Notes under the pieces: model-generated
Database searches by the model: none
What the model was told of the DNA's origin: nothing
The model's input: the letters and a program-made list of their open reading frames with translations, nothing else
Shown: one piece after another, positions 8,770 through 16,370 of the stretch
Layout: each line of letters opens with the position of its first letter
Position numbering within the stretch: the first letter of the stretch is position 1
Translations under genes and position numbers: made by a program
Source of the DNA: Candidatus Aquicultor secundus
Lineage (GTDB): Bacteria; Actinomycetota; Aquicultoria; Aquicultorales; Aquicultoraceae
Length of the DNA stretch: 24,000 nucleotides
Direction of reading: 5' to 3'
Assembly: GCA_002783345.1 (NCBI GenBank)
Contig: PFFU01000039.1
Location: forward strand, 1 to 24,000

Positions 8770-8889
8770 AAGATTCATCACCTATGAGGAATATACAAAA
8801 CCATCTGCTGCCTAATGTCCCAAGAAATAGTAAAATGTTCTTTGTGCGCATCACGGGTAAGTCCGAAAATCGCGATAAGAGGAAAGCAA

Positions 8890-10992
8890 ATGCTGGATAA
8901 CTTAAATCAAGTTCAACAAGAAGCGGTAACACATAAAGACGGGCCGGTTCTCATCCTTGCGGGGGCGGGAAGCGGTAAGACAAGGGTGCTTACATACAGG
9001 ATCGCCTACCTTATAAAAGAAAAGGATATAAGTCCTTTCGATATCCTGGCCATTACCTTTACAAACAAGGCGGCTAACGAGATGAAGGAGCGCATCGCCG
9101 CGCTCGTGGGGAGGGTGAGCCGGGCGATGTGGATAAGCACATTCCACTCGACATGCGCGAGGGTGCTGCGACAGGAGGCGGAGCGCCTTGGGTACAGCAA
9201 GAACTTCGTCATCTACGACAGCAACGATTCGGGCAGGCTTATAACTTACTGCATGAGGGATTTAAACATCGATAACAAGCGCTACCCATCGAATAAAGTC
9301 GCCGCCGCCATTTCAAGCGCCAAGAATGAATTGATGGATGCCGAAACCTTTCGCGCGCGCGCGCAAACATACGCCGAGCGGGTGGTCGCCGATGTCTACA
9401 AGCTGTACCAGGATCGCATCTACAAGAGCAACGCGTTGGATTTTGATGATCTCATCATGGTGACGGTAAACCTGTTCCAGCTCTTCCCGTCGGTTCTCGA
9501 TGCCTACCAGGAGAAGTTCAAATATATCCTGGTCGACGAGTATCAGGATACCAACCCTGCCCAGTATGAGCTGATAAGAACGCTGGCCGGCAAGCACCGC
9601 AACCTTTGCGTCGTCGGAGACGCGGACCAGTCGATCTATAGGTTCCGCGGGGCGGATATACGAAATATCCTCGAGTTTGAGCGCGACTACCCGGATTGCC
9701 GCGTTATCAAGCTCGAGCAAAACTATCGCTCGACAAAGACGATCCTTAACGCGGCTAATTATGTCATGCAGAACAACCGCTCGCGCAAGCCGAAGGCGCT
9801 CTGGACCGAAAATGGCAAGGGAGACCCCATCGTCCGTTACCAGGGCGAAAACGAACACGAGGAGGCGACCTTTGTCGCCGGCGAAATCGAGCAGATGGTA
9901 AAGAAAGGCAGGCAGTATAAAGAATTCTCCGTGTTTTATCGCACGAACGCACAATCACGCGTTCTTGAGGAGATTTTCCTGCGCTACGGCGTACCCTATA
10001 GGATTATCGGGGGCTTGAAGTTCTACGAGCGCGCCGAGATCAAGGATGTCCTGGCTTACCTGCGCGTGCTTTCGAATCCGCAGGATACGGTCAGCTTAAA
10101 GAGGATTATCAACGTCCCGCGACGTGGACTCGGCAACACGACAATCCAGAAAGTTGACGCTTACTCGCTCAAGCACAACATCAGTTTTTCCCAGGCGCTC
10201 AACAACGTCGACGATATAAACCAGCTCTCGACCGCAGCGGTTAAGAATATCAAAAAGTTCCTGGTCTTACTCGACGAGCTACAGCGGGTTAAGGAGAAAG
10301 AGACCCTGGAGAACCTTACTAAGGCATTGCTGGATGCGACCGGCTACCTTGCAATGTATGATGCTTTAGGGACGGTGGAGGCAGAAGGCAGGGCGGAGAA
10401 CGTCCGTGAGTTTATCGGCGTTATCAAAGAGTTCGAGGAGAGCCGCGCCTCCTGTACGCTCGACGAGTTTCTAGAAGAGATAGCCCTGATCGCGGATATC
10501 GATAGCTACGATGACGACAATAACGCGGTGACCCTGATGACGGTGCACAATGCTAAGGGCCTCGAGTTTAATATCGTCTTTATCGTCGGTATGGAAGACG
10601 GCATTTTCCCCCACATCCGGTCGATGACTGAGACCGCCGAGCTTGAAGAGGAGCGCCGTCTTTTCTACGTCGGTATCACCCGGGCCATGCAGAAGCTCTA
10701 CTTATGTAACGCCTGGTCGCGAAATCTTTGGGGCGGGGTAAACTACAACTCCCCGTCGCGCTTCTTGCACGAGATCCCTGCGGATCTCCTCGAGAGCGCC
10801 GAGCAGGTTGATGTAAAAGCCAAACCGCCGTCTGAAATCGGCGCTTTCAATATCGGGGATAACGTCTTTCATAAAAAATTCGGAGAGGGCCGCATAACGG
10901 CCGTTAAGGGTGCCGACCAGGTAACGGTTCTGTTCGCTGCCGAGGGTGAAAAAACCCTGCTTCTTAATTACGCCCCGCTTGAGAAACGGTAA
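8890..10992 (+). CDS. pcrA: ATP-dependent DNA helicase PcrA/UvrD (SF1)
   Basis: Helicase motifs are AGAGSGKT, TFTNKAA, DEYQDTN, VGDADQSIYRFRGA, QNYRS, TVHNAKGLEF and VGITRA. I prefer the ATG at 8890 (AGAGGAAAG upstream; the N-terminus MLDNLNQVQQEAV is typical). The 25 extra codons in the ORF track have no support. Confidence 0.9.
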   Translation: MLDNLNQVQQEAVTHKDGPVLILAGAGSGKTRVLTYRIAYLIKEKDISPFDILAITFTNKAANEMKERIAALVGRVSRAMWISTFHSTCARVLRQEAERLGYSKNFVIYDSNDSGRLITYCMRDLNIDNKRYPSNKVAAAISSAKNELMDAETFRARAQTYAERVVADVYKLYQDRIYKSNALDFDDLIMVTVNLFQLFPSVLDAYQEKFKYILVDEYQDTNPAQYELIRTLAGKHRNLCVVGDADQSIYRFRGADIRNILEFERDYPDCRVIKLEQNYRSTKTILNAANYVMQNNRSRKPKALWTENGKGDPIVRYQGENEHEEATFVAGEIEQMVKKGRQYKEFSVFYRTNAQSRVLEEIFLRYGVPYRIIGGLKFYERAEIKDVLAYLRVLSNPQDTVSLKRIINVPRRGLGNTTIQKVDAYSLKHNISFSQALNNVDDINQLSTAAVKNIKKFLVLLDELQRVKEKETLENLTKALLDATGYLAMYDALGTVEAEGRAENVREFIGVIKEFEESRASCTLDEFLEEIALIADIDSYDDDNNAVTLMTVHNAKGLEFNIVFIVGMEDGIFPHIRSMTETAELEEERRLFYVGITRAMQKLYLCNAWSRNLWGGVNYNSPSRFLHEIPADLLESAEQVDVKAKPPSEIGAFNIGDNVFHKKFGEGRITAVKGADQVTVLFAAEGEKTLLLNYAPLEKR

Positions 10993-11219
10993 ACAACTAA
11001 AGACCTCCCCCACCAAAGCCCTTCTGCGATCTTACCGGCGATGGCTATGTCTATGTTACTAAACCTTACATAATTAACTGAAAGATTGATATTTATGATT
11101 GCGGTAGTGTTATGATATAGTACTATATGGGGATGATAGTATAGCCCTTGTTTGCACGATAAGCGCAACTCTTTGGTTTGCCTGGATATCAACCGTATTA
11201 AATCCGTGGAGGTACGGTC

Positions 11220-11855
11220 ATGCAGCGTATTGTTTTGAAACTGGTAGTTATCGTGGCATCGCTCGTATTGCTGAGCCCATCTTCCGCTTATGCCAAGCTC
11301 GCTCTTTATTCTCCTGCGGACATGATTACTAAATCGCAGCTAATCGTAATCGCTAAAGCTACACAGCGCTCTGAGCAGGGGCAGCGGGTGACCGGAAAGT
11401 TTGCGATTCAGAAGGTGCTTATCGGCGATTACGAGTCAAAGACCATCCTGGTCGAGCATAGGCGAGGTGAGTGCGATGCTACGCCCGACATCCCCGATGT
11501 GGGAACCGAAGTTTTTATGCTGCTGTCAAAGGATTACGAGGGCAATTATTGCTGTATCAACCCCAACTCTATGGGAATTATCAAAAACGGTCGGGTTGCG
11601 TGCATTTATCAGGGGGTTAACGTTGATCGCCAACCCTACGTGCACGTCTATAACTGCTTCATAGAGGGTATTGCGCGCATCGAGTCCGAATCCGCACGTA
11701 AGCAAGCCGACATAACGGGCGCGTCGACAAGCAAAGACGACCTTGCGAAAAGCCCTAACGGCTCTAAATTAATCTACACAGAGGTACTTATCCCCGCAGC
11801 TTTATTAATCCTGTTCTTATACCTGAGGCGGGAGCACTCAGAGACAGACCAATAG
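11220..11855 (+). CDS. hypothetical exported / membrane-anchored protein
   Basis: 211-aa ORF with GGAGG upstream. It has an N-terminal signal-like segment (LVLLSPSSAYA) and a C-terminal hydrophobic anchor (VLIPAALLILFLYL). I do not recognise any family. Confidence 0.6.
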   Translation: MQRIVLKLVVIVASLVLLSPSSAYAKLALYSPADMITKSQLIVIAKATQRSEQGQRVTGKFAIQKVLIGDYESKTILVEHRRGECDATPDIPDVGTEVFMLLSKDYEGNYCCINPNSMGIIKNGRVACIYQGVNVDRQPYVHVYNCFIEGIARIESESARKQADITGASTSKDDLAKSPNGSKLIYTEVLIPAALLILFLYLRREHSETDQ

Positions 11856-12061
11856 AGTTCACTCTTATCTAAACTTCCTGCATAAAGCCTTTTTGACCGG
11901 CTTCAACAGCCTTTTTAATCGACGCTTCAAGGTGGGGCGGAAGCCCCATAATATCGACAATTATCGTCCCGAACTCGTAGTTTATAGGAAAATATTTTTT
12001 GACAAGCTTGTAGCCATACGCAGAAAGGTCGTAGGATGAACAAAAGTAGTTTTCTAGAAGT

Positions 12062-12089
12062 TATAAGCCACACAATATAAGCCACATAA
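12062..12089. repeat. tandem 2 x 14-nt direct repeat upstream of the OsmC-family gene
   Basis: TATAAGCCACACAA (12062-12075) is followed directly by TATAAGCCACATAA (12076-12089), 13/14 identical, about 30 nt upstream of the ATG. Confidence 0.6.
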
Positions 12090-12120
12090 AAATTTATTTT
12101 TAAGGAAAGCGGTATAAAAC

Positions 12121-12534
12121 ATGAAAGCGAAAGTAAAGTGGGTAGACGGCCAACAGTTTGTCGGGGTGAACGAGCGCAACATGCCCGTAGTGATGGACTC
12201 CCTACCTGAAGGAGGCGGGGAGGGCGTTGGGCCCAAGCCGACCGAGTTGTTTCTAATTGCCTTTGCCGGGTGCACGGGAATCGATGTTATATCGATCATG
12301 AAAAAGAAACGCCAAAAGGTAACCGGCTTTTCAGTCGAGATCGAGGGAATCCAGGGGGAGGAGTTTCCAAAGCCGTTTAACGATATTAAGCTCATCTATA
12401 AAGTAAAGGGCGAAAACATCGATGCAAAAGCGCTCGAATCGGCGATTAAACTGTCCGAAGAAAAATACTGCTCAATACGGGCGACGCTGACCGGCCGGCC
12501 GAACATCACGCATGAGTATGTGATCGAGCCCTAG
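12121..12534 (+). CDS. OsmC/Ohr-family peroxiredoxin-like protein
   Basis: 137-aa ORF. The pattern GPKPTELFLIAFAGCTGIDV ... EEKYCSI has the two conserved Cys in OsmC-family context. Confidence 0.85.
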   Translation: MKAKVKWVDGQQFVGVNERNMPVVMDSLPEGGGEGVGPKPTELFLIAFAGCTGIDVISIMKKKRQKVTGFSVEIEGIQGEEFPKPFNDIKLIYKVKGENIDAKALESAIKLSEEKYCSIRATLTGRPNITHEYVIEP

Positions 12535-12786
12535 TTCTGCGGCTCTCGCGACCGTTCGGCTCTCAAAATTAAAATATATCGTCGACTTTATAGCTTTGTT
12601 GACAATCTACACAACGCCGTGTTAGCTTAAATTCAATGTCACTAATGCGTTTAATAGCGATACAGCCACTATATTGTGATGATGGGTACTTGCTTAGCTG
12701 TCATTCTGAAGCGTTGTGAAGAATCTCGAGTGCACTTGGGGTGATTGTCACTTATCAGCGTCTAGGTGTAGCTAAAGCGATATAAT

Positions 12787-13068
12787 AGCGATAATGGGAA
12801 CGAGTAGGTCTGAGGTTGACCGCTAAAGCGACCCGGAGAAGGTGAAAGCCGGGGCGGCGAGAAGACCGAACATGGCCCCAGAGCTTCCGGAAGAAACGGC
12901 GCCAACCGTGCGCCCGAGTAGAACCGGACGGTTCCAGCCGTTACCTGGATTAAGAGCAGCCGGCACCTGATAAGTGAAGACACTTCCTCGACGCGGAAGG
13001 GGCCGGGTGAATTTGGGTGGTACCACGGGAAATTTCCTCTCGTCCCATATGGGATTGAGGGGTTTTTT
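12787..13068 (+). promoter_or_regulatory. T-box leader (tRNA-sensing riboswitch), AUG/Met specifier, with terminator
   Basis: Stem I has base AGC/GCU with a GA-type K-turn (GAUAA / GA). The specifier loop carries AACGAGUA on the 5' side and GAAC-AUG-G (AUG 12872-12874) on the 3' side. The AG bulge is AAAGCGA and the distal loop is AGAAGGUGAAAG. An F-box CCGUUA lies at 12938-12943. The T-box sequence AAUUUGGGUGGUACCACGGGA lies at 13010-13030, and its UGGU bulge matches an A73 discriminator. A terminator (13034-13062) is followed by T6 (13063-13068). Confidence 0.85.
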
Positions 13069-13129
13069 GTTATGTAAGACAAAAATAAAAGCCCAGCCGA
13101 AAAGGTGGGCGCGGTGCAAGGGAGGTTAT

Positions 13130-14302
13130 ATGGCCGTCAAGAAAACGTACGAAGAGATTAACGAAAAGATTCGACGCGGCGAAGCGGTTGTCGTGACCGC
13201 TGAAGAAATCATCGACATCGTCAAAGACGAGGGCGTTGCGAAAGCAGCCCGGAAGGTAGATGTCATAACCACGGGGACGTTTGGGCCCATGTGCTCGACT
13301 GGGGCTTTCATCAACTTCGGCCACTCCGACCCACCGATAAGAATGGCGAAAGTTTGGCTTAACGATGTGCCGGCGTACGCGGGTGTGGCGGCGGTCGATG
13401 CATACATCGGTGCGACCGAGCTTTCCGAGGTCTTAGGTATGGCCTACGGCGGCGCGCACGTCATAGAAGATTTGATCGCCGGCAAGAAAGTGAAGCTGGT
13501 GGCAAAATCCTACGGCACCGACTGCTATCCAAGAAAAGAGATAGAAACCTATATAAACAAGGATGTCATAAACGAGGCATACCTGTTTAATCCGAGGAAC
13601 GCCTATCAGAACTACGCGGTAGCCGTAAACTCGTCGGCTCGCATTTTGTATACCTATATGGGGACGTTACTCCCGCGCCTCGGCAATGCCACATACTGCA
13701 GCGCGAGCCAGTTGAGCCCGTTAATAAACGACCCGTTCTATAGGACGATCGGCATAGGCACAAGGGTATTTTTGGCCGGCACGCAAGGCTATGTCGCCTG
13801 GCAGGGCACGCAGTTTAATCCGCAGCAGGCGCGCGGCGAAAACGGTGTCCCGCTCTCACCGGCCGGCACACTGGCGCTGATCGGCAATCTAAAACAAATG
13901 AATACCGATTTCATAAGGGCCGCGACCTTCCATAACTATGGTACGACCATGTTTGTCGGCGTCGGCGTGCCCATACCCGTCCTCGACGAGGATATTGTGG
14001 AGAAGGCCAGCATAAGCGATAAGGATATTTACACGACGATAGTGGACTACAGCGTCCCGCAGCGCTCAAAACCGAATTTCGGCCGGGTAAGTTACGCCGA
14101 GCTGAGAAGCGGCAAGATAGAGATAAACGGCAAGCAGGTGCGAACGGCCCCGATATCGAGTTACACCAGGGCAAGAAAGATTGCCGAGACGTTGAAGACC
14201 TGGGTTAAGGAAGGAAAGTTCTTCGTCCAGCAGCCGGTCGAAACGTTCAAGCTTGGTCAGTCGGTGAAGCCTCTTGAGATCGTTACAGAGGAGGAGATTT
14301 AA
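13130..14302 (+). CDS. homocysteine biosynthesis protein (COG1900/DUF39 family, sulfide-dependent route)
   Basis: The ORF starts at ATG 13130 (GGAGG 13121-13125), giving 391 aa. The upstream 52 codons of the track ORF overlap the T-box leader. The N-terminus MAVKKTYEEINEKIRRGEAVVVTAEE and motifs such as DVITTGTFGPMCS are typical of this family. It is paired with the NIL-ferredoxin gene, as in the methanogen MA1821/MA1822-type system. Confidence 0.8.
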   Translation: MAVKKTYEEINEKIRRGEAVVVTAEEIIDIVKDEGVAKAARKVDVITTGTFGPMCSTGAFINFGHSDPPIRMAKVWLNDVPAYAGVAAVDAYIGATELSEVLGMAYGGAHVIEDLIAGKKVKLVAKSYGTDCYPRKEIETYINKDVINEAYLFNPRNAYQNYAVAVNSSARILYTYMGTLLPRLGNATYCSASQLSPLINDPFYRTIGIGTRVFLAGTQGYVAWQGTQFNPQQARGENGVPLSPAGTLALIGNLKQMNTDFIRAATFHNYGTTMFVGVGVPIPVLDEDIVEKASISDKDIYTTIVDYSVPQRSKPNFGRVSYAELRSGKIEINGKQVRTAPISSYTRARKIAETLKTWVKEGKFFVQQPVETFKLGQSVKPLEIVTEEEI

Positions 14303-14704
14303 ATGGCAAAGAAAAAAATCGTCCTTCACTTCCCGGAGGAAAGCATAGAAAAACCGTTAACGTACCACCTGGTAAAGGACTATGATCTTATCCCGAACAT
14401 CCTCCGTGCGCAAATCGATGAAAACGAGGGTATGTTGGTTATGGACCTTGAGGGTGCGCCCGATCAGATACAAAAAGGCATTGCCTTTTTAAAAGAGCAA
14501 AACGTCGGCATCCAGGAAGCGATTAAAGACATCATCGTAGACCGCGAGCGATGCGTAGATTGCGGCTCCTGCACCGGCGTCTGCCGCCCCGGCGCTCTCA
14601 CAATGGGTTCCGACTGGAAACTCGCCTTCGACCAGGAAAAATGCGTTTTCTGCCAGCTTTGCATCAACGCATGCCCGGTACGAGCGATAAAAGTCCAATT
14701 CTAA
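14303..14704 (+). CDS. NIL-domain / 2x[4Fe-4S] ferredoxin protein (homocysteine-synthesis partner)
   Basis: 133-aa ORF with GAGGAGG upstream and an ATG that directly abuts the preceding stop. It has an N-terminal NIL-like domain and two CxxCxxCxxxCP clusters (CVDCGSCTGVCRP, CVFCQLCINACP). Confidence 0.8.
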   Translation: MAKKKIVLHFPEESIEKPLTYHLVKDYDLIPNILRAQIDENEGMLVMDLEGAPDQIQKGIAFLKEQNVGIQEAIKDIIVDRERCVDCGSCTGVCRPGALTMGSDWKLAFDQEKCVFCQLCINACPVRAIKVQF

Positions 14705-14820
14705 GAGAAGAAGCGGGGAGTCAGAAGCCAGAATTCAGACTGATAATTATGTATAATAAAAGCGGGACGGCGTTGTTACGACCCCGTCCTGACAAATCTA
14801 TAACAGCGAGGTAGACCCAC

Positions 14821-15879
14821 ATGTCTTTTGAGGCTAAATGCATGGCCACTGCCATAGGGAGTGTGCCGCATACCGACGTTGATGCCGCATGCCGGTTGGT
14901 GTTCGATAACTTGCGTGATATCCCGATGTGGCCGCAACTACCCAACCTGGGCTTTAAGGAAAACATATACGTGCAGTGCACCGAGGGTATGCCGGGCATA
15001 GTCGTGGACGAGGCTTCGAACAGGATTTATTTCGATACGACCAGGGATATCGTCGGTGAACTCGAGGTGCTTTACGGGCACTATATAAACAACGAGATCG
15101 ACCGGTTGGCGATAAGTCGCGAACATGCGCAGGGCCTCTACCGGTTCCTCGAGATTTTAAAGGAAGACCGGTATCCAGACATAAAAATGCTCAAAGGGCA
15201 CATAGTCGGCCCAATAACCATAGGGTTTACTGTCTCCGACCAAAACAAAAAGCCCGGATTCTACGACGACGTCCTGCGCGAGGGTATTGTCAAGACGCTC
15301 GCCATGAAGGCAAAATTCCAGGTCGAAAAGTTTAAAGAGGTGCGGCCCGATCTTCCCGCACTGATCTTTATCGACGACCCGTACATCACATCCATCGGTT
15401 CGGCCTTTGTGAGCCTCGACCGGGACGAAGTAATCAAGTATTTTAACGAGATAATCGACGCGGTCGACGGTTTCACCGGGATTCACTGTTGCGCCAACAC
15501 CGACTGGAGTCTTCTTGCCCAAACCAACGTGGACGTTATAAGTTTCGATGCCTACGACTACAGCGAAACCGTGGCCCTCTATCCTGCGGAAATTAAATCA
15601 TTCCTGGATAGAGGAGGGGTTCTTGCCTGGGGCATCGTCCCCTCCGGGCTCCCCACGCCCGAGACGGTTGCAGGGGAAACCACCGAAAGCCTTATCATAC
15701 GGCTGGAAGAGGGCATGCAGCTTCTCGTGGATAAAGGAATAGATAAAGAGGTCCTCATCAACCAGGCCCTTATAACACCCAGTTGCGGCACCGGCGTGAT
15801 GAGGCCCGACCTTGCCGAGCGCACCTTCACGCTCGCACGAGAGATTTCCGAAGCCATGCGCGCAAAATATTTCGATTAA
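14821..15879 (+). CDS. MetE-like single-domain methyltransferase (core methionine synthase-like)
   Basis: At 352 aa it is about the size of one MetE barrel. Candidate Zn-ligand contexts are GIHCCANTDW and ITPSCGTG. It sits in the Met T-box operon directly after the homocysteine genes. Confidence 0.65.
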   Translation: MSFEAKCMATAIGSVPHTDVDAACRLVFDNLRDIPMWPQLPNLGFKENIYVQCTEGMPGIVVDEASNRIYFDTTRDIVGELEVLYGHYINNEIDRLAISREHAQGLYRFLEILKEDRYPDIKMLKGHIVGPITIGFTVSDQNKKPGFYDDVLREGIVKTLAMKAKFQVEKFKEVRPDLPALIFIDDPYITSIGSAFVSLDRDEVIKYFNEIIDAVDGFTGIHCCANTDWSLLAQTNVDVISFDAYDYSETVALYPAEIKSFLDRGGVLAWGIVPSGLPTPETVAGETTESLIIRLEEGMQLLVDKGIDKEVLINQALITPSCGTGVMRPDLAERTFTLAREISEAMRAKYFD

Positions 15880-15905
15880 AGGGGGACGTTGTTTCCTGTG
15901 AGTCC

Positions 15906-16124
15906 TTATTGATTAGCGGCCCGTTTCTCCGGCGACTCTTGCTGCTCGGTTGGCGTATCGGTCTGGGCCTTGCGGCTCGGCGCGGTATCGATATATCTTA
16001 CATTACTCTCGTTTCGCGTTAATTCCGGCCCTAACCGCCCGGTCAAGCGCGCATAAATCAGCCTACCAAACAAGCCGAAGATAAACCCTATAATAAACAG
16101 GAGTGCAAAGTCAAAAACATCCAT
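15906..16124 (-). CDS. small hypothetical membrane protein
   Basis: An ATG at 16124 follows AAGGTGG by 5 nt. There is one N-terminal TM helix (FDFALLFIIGFIFGLF) and a polar tail. No family is recognised. Confidence 0.45.
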   Translation of the reverse strand: MDVFDFALLFIIGFIFGLFGRLIYARLTGRLGPELTRNESNVRYIDTAPSRKAQTDTPTEQQESPEKRAANQ

Positions 16125-16370
16125 AAAAACCACCTTAACTTTAGTCAGCCCTCAATTATTAATCCTTTGCTATGAATCCTTTATTAATGCACTTAAGGTT
16201 GCCCGGTATATTTACGAAATAACTCTTGTCGGCACTGATTTCTTTATTCCCGCCGTGAAGGTATTTAACCCATCGGTTGGATAAAGTTATTTGGTCGCTA
16301 AAGTTGTATAATGAGACAATTATTGACCGATTCGGCTTATGGATATAAATAACATTATGAAGGGATGTTA

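Noticed and set aside
8815-8889. 25-codon N-terminal extension of PcrA (MSQEIVKCSLCASRV...).
   Set aside because: There is no RBS. The ATG at 8890 has AGAGGAAAG upstream and gives the canonical helicase N-terminus.
9313-9954. 213-aa minus-strand ORF inside pcrA, plus the other internal or antisense ORFs in guaB3, guaA, the MFS genes and fprA.
   Set aside because: They are antisense or off-frame to genes with strong motif support. Such shadow ORFs are typical of GC-richer coding sequence.
12062-12089. The tandem 14-mers (here and at 21595-21622) as a CRISPR array or minisatellite.
   Set aside because: There are only two units each, with no spacers and no cas genes. Their position at promoters suggests protein-binding sites.
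12700-12727. GTCATTCTGAAGCGTTGTGAAGAATCTC, reminiscent of short intergenic repeat elements seen in environmental genomes.
   Set aside because: There is a single copy in the window, only a 5-bp stem (ATTCT/AGAAT), and I cannot verify the resemblance without a search.
12781-12786. A perfect TATAAT as the -10 box of the T-box promoter.
   Set aside because: Transcription would start inside the Stem I base (12787 onward), and there is no usable -35. TTGTCA/TAGCTA (12745-12774) fits better.
12868-12876. Alternative specifier readings CAU (His) or UGG (Trp) in GAACAUGGC.
   Set aside because: AUG is followed by the expected purine next to the helix. The UGGU bulge predicts an A73 discriminator (tRNA-Met), not C73 (His) or G73 (Trp). 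The operon makes methionine. The run of four C leaves the helix register formally ambiguous.
12762-13129. Two minus-strand ORFs (106 and 98 aa) and the 52-codon N-terminal extension of the + ORF starting at 12974.
   Set aside because: All of them lie on the T-box leader, whose conserved RNA elements explain the region. The real CDS starts at ATG 13130 behind GGAGG.
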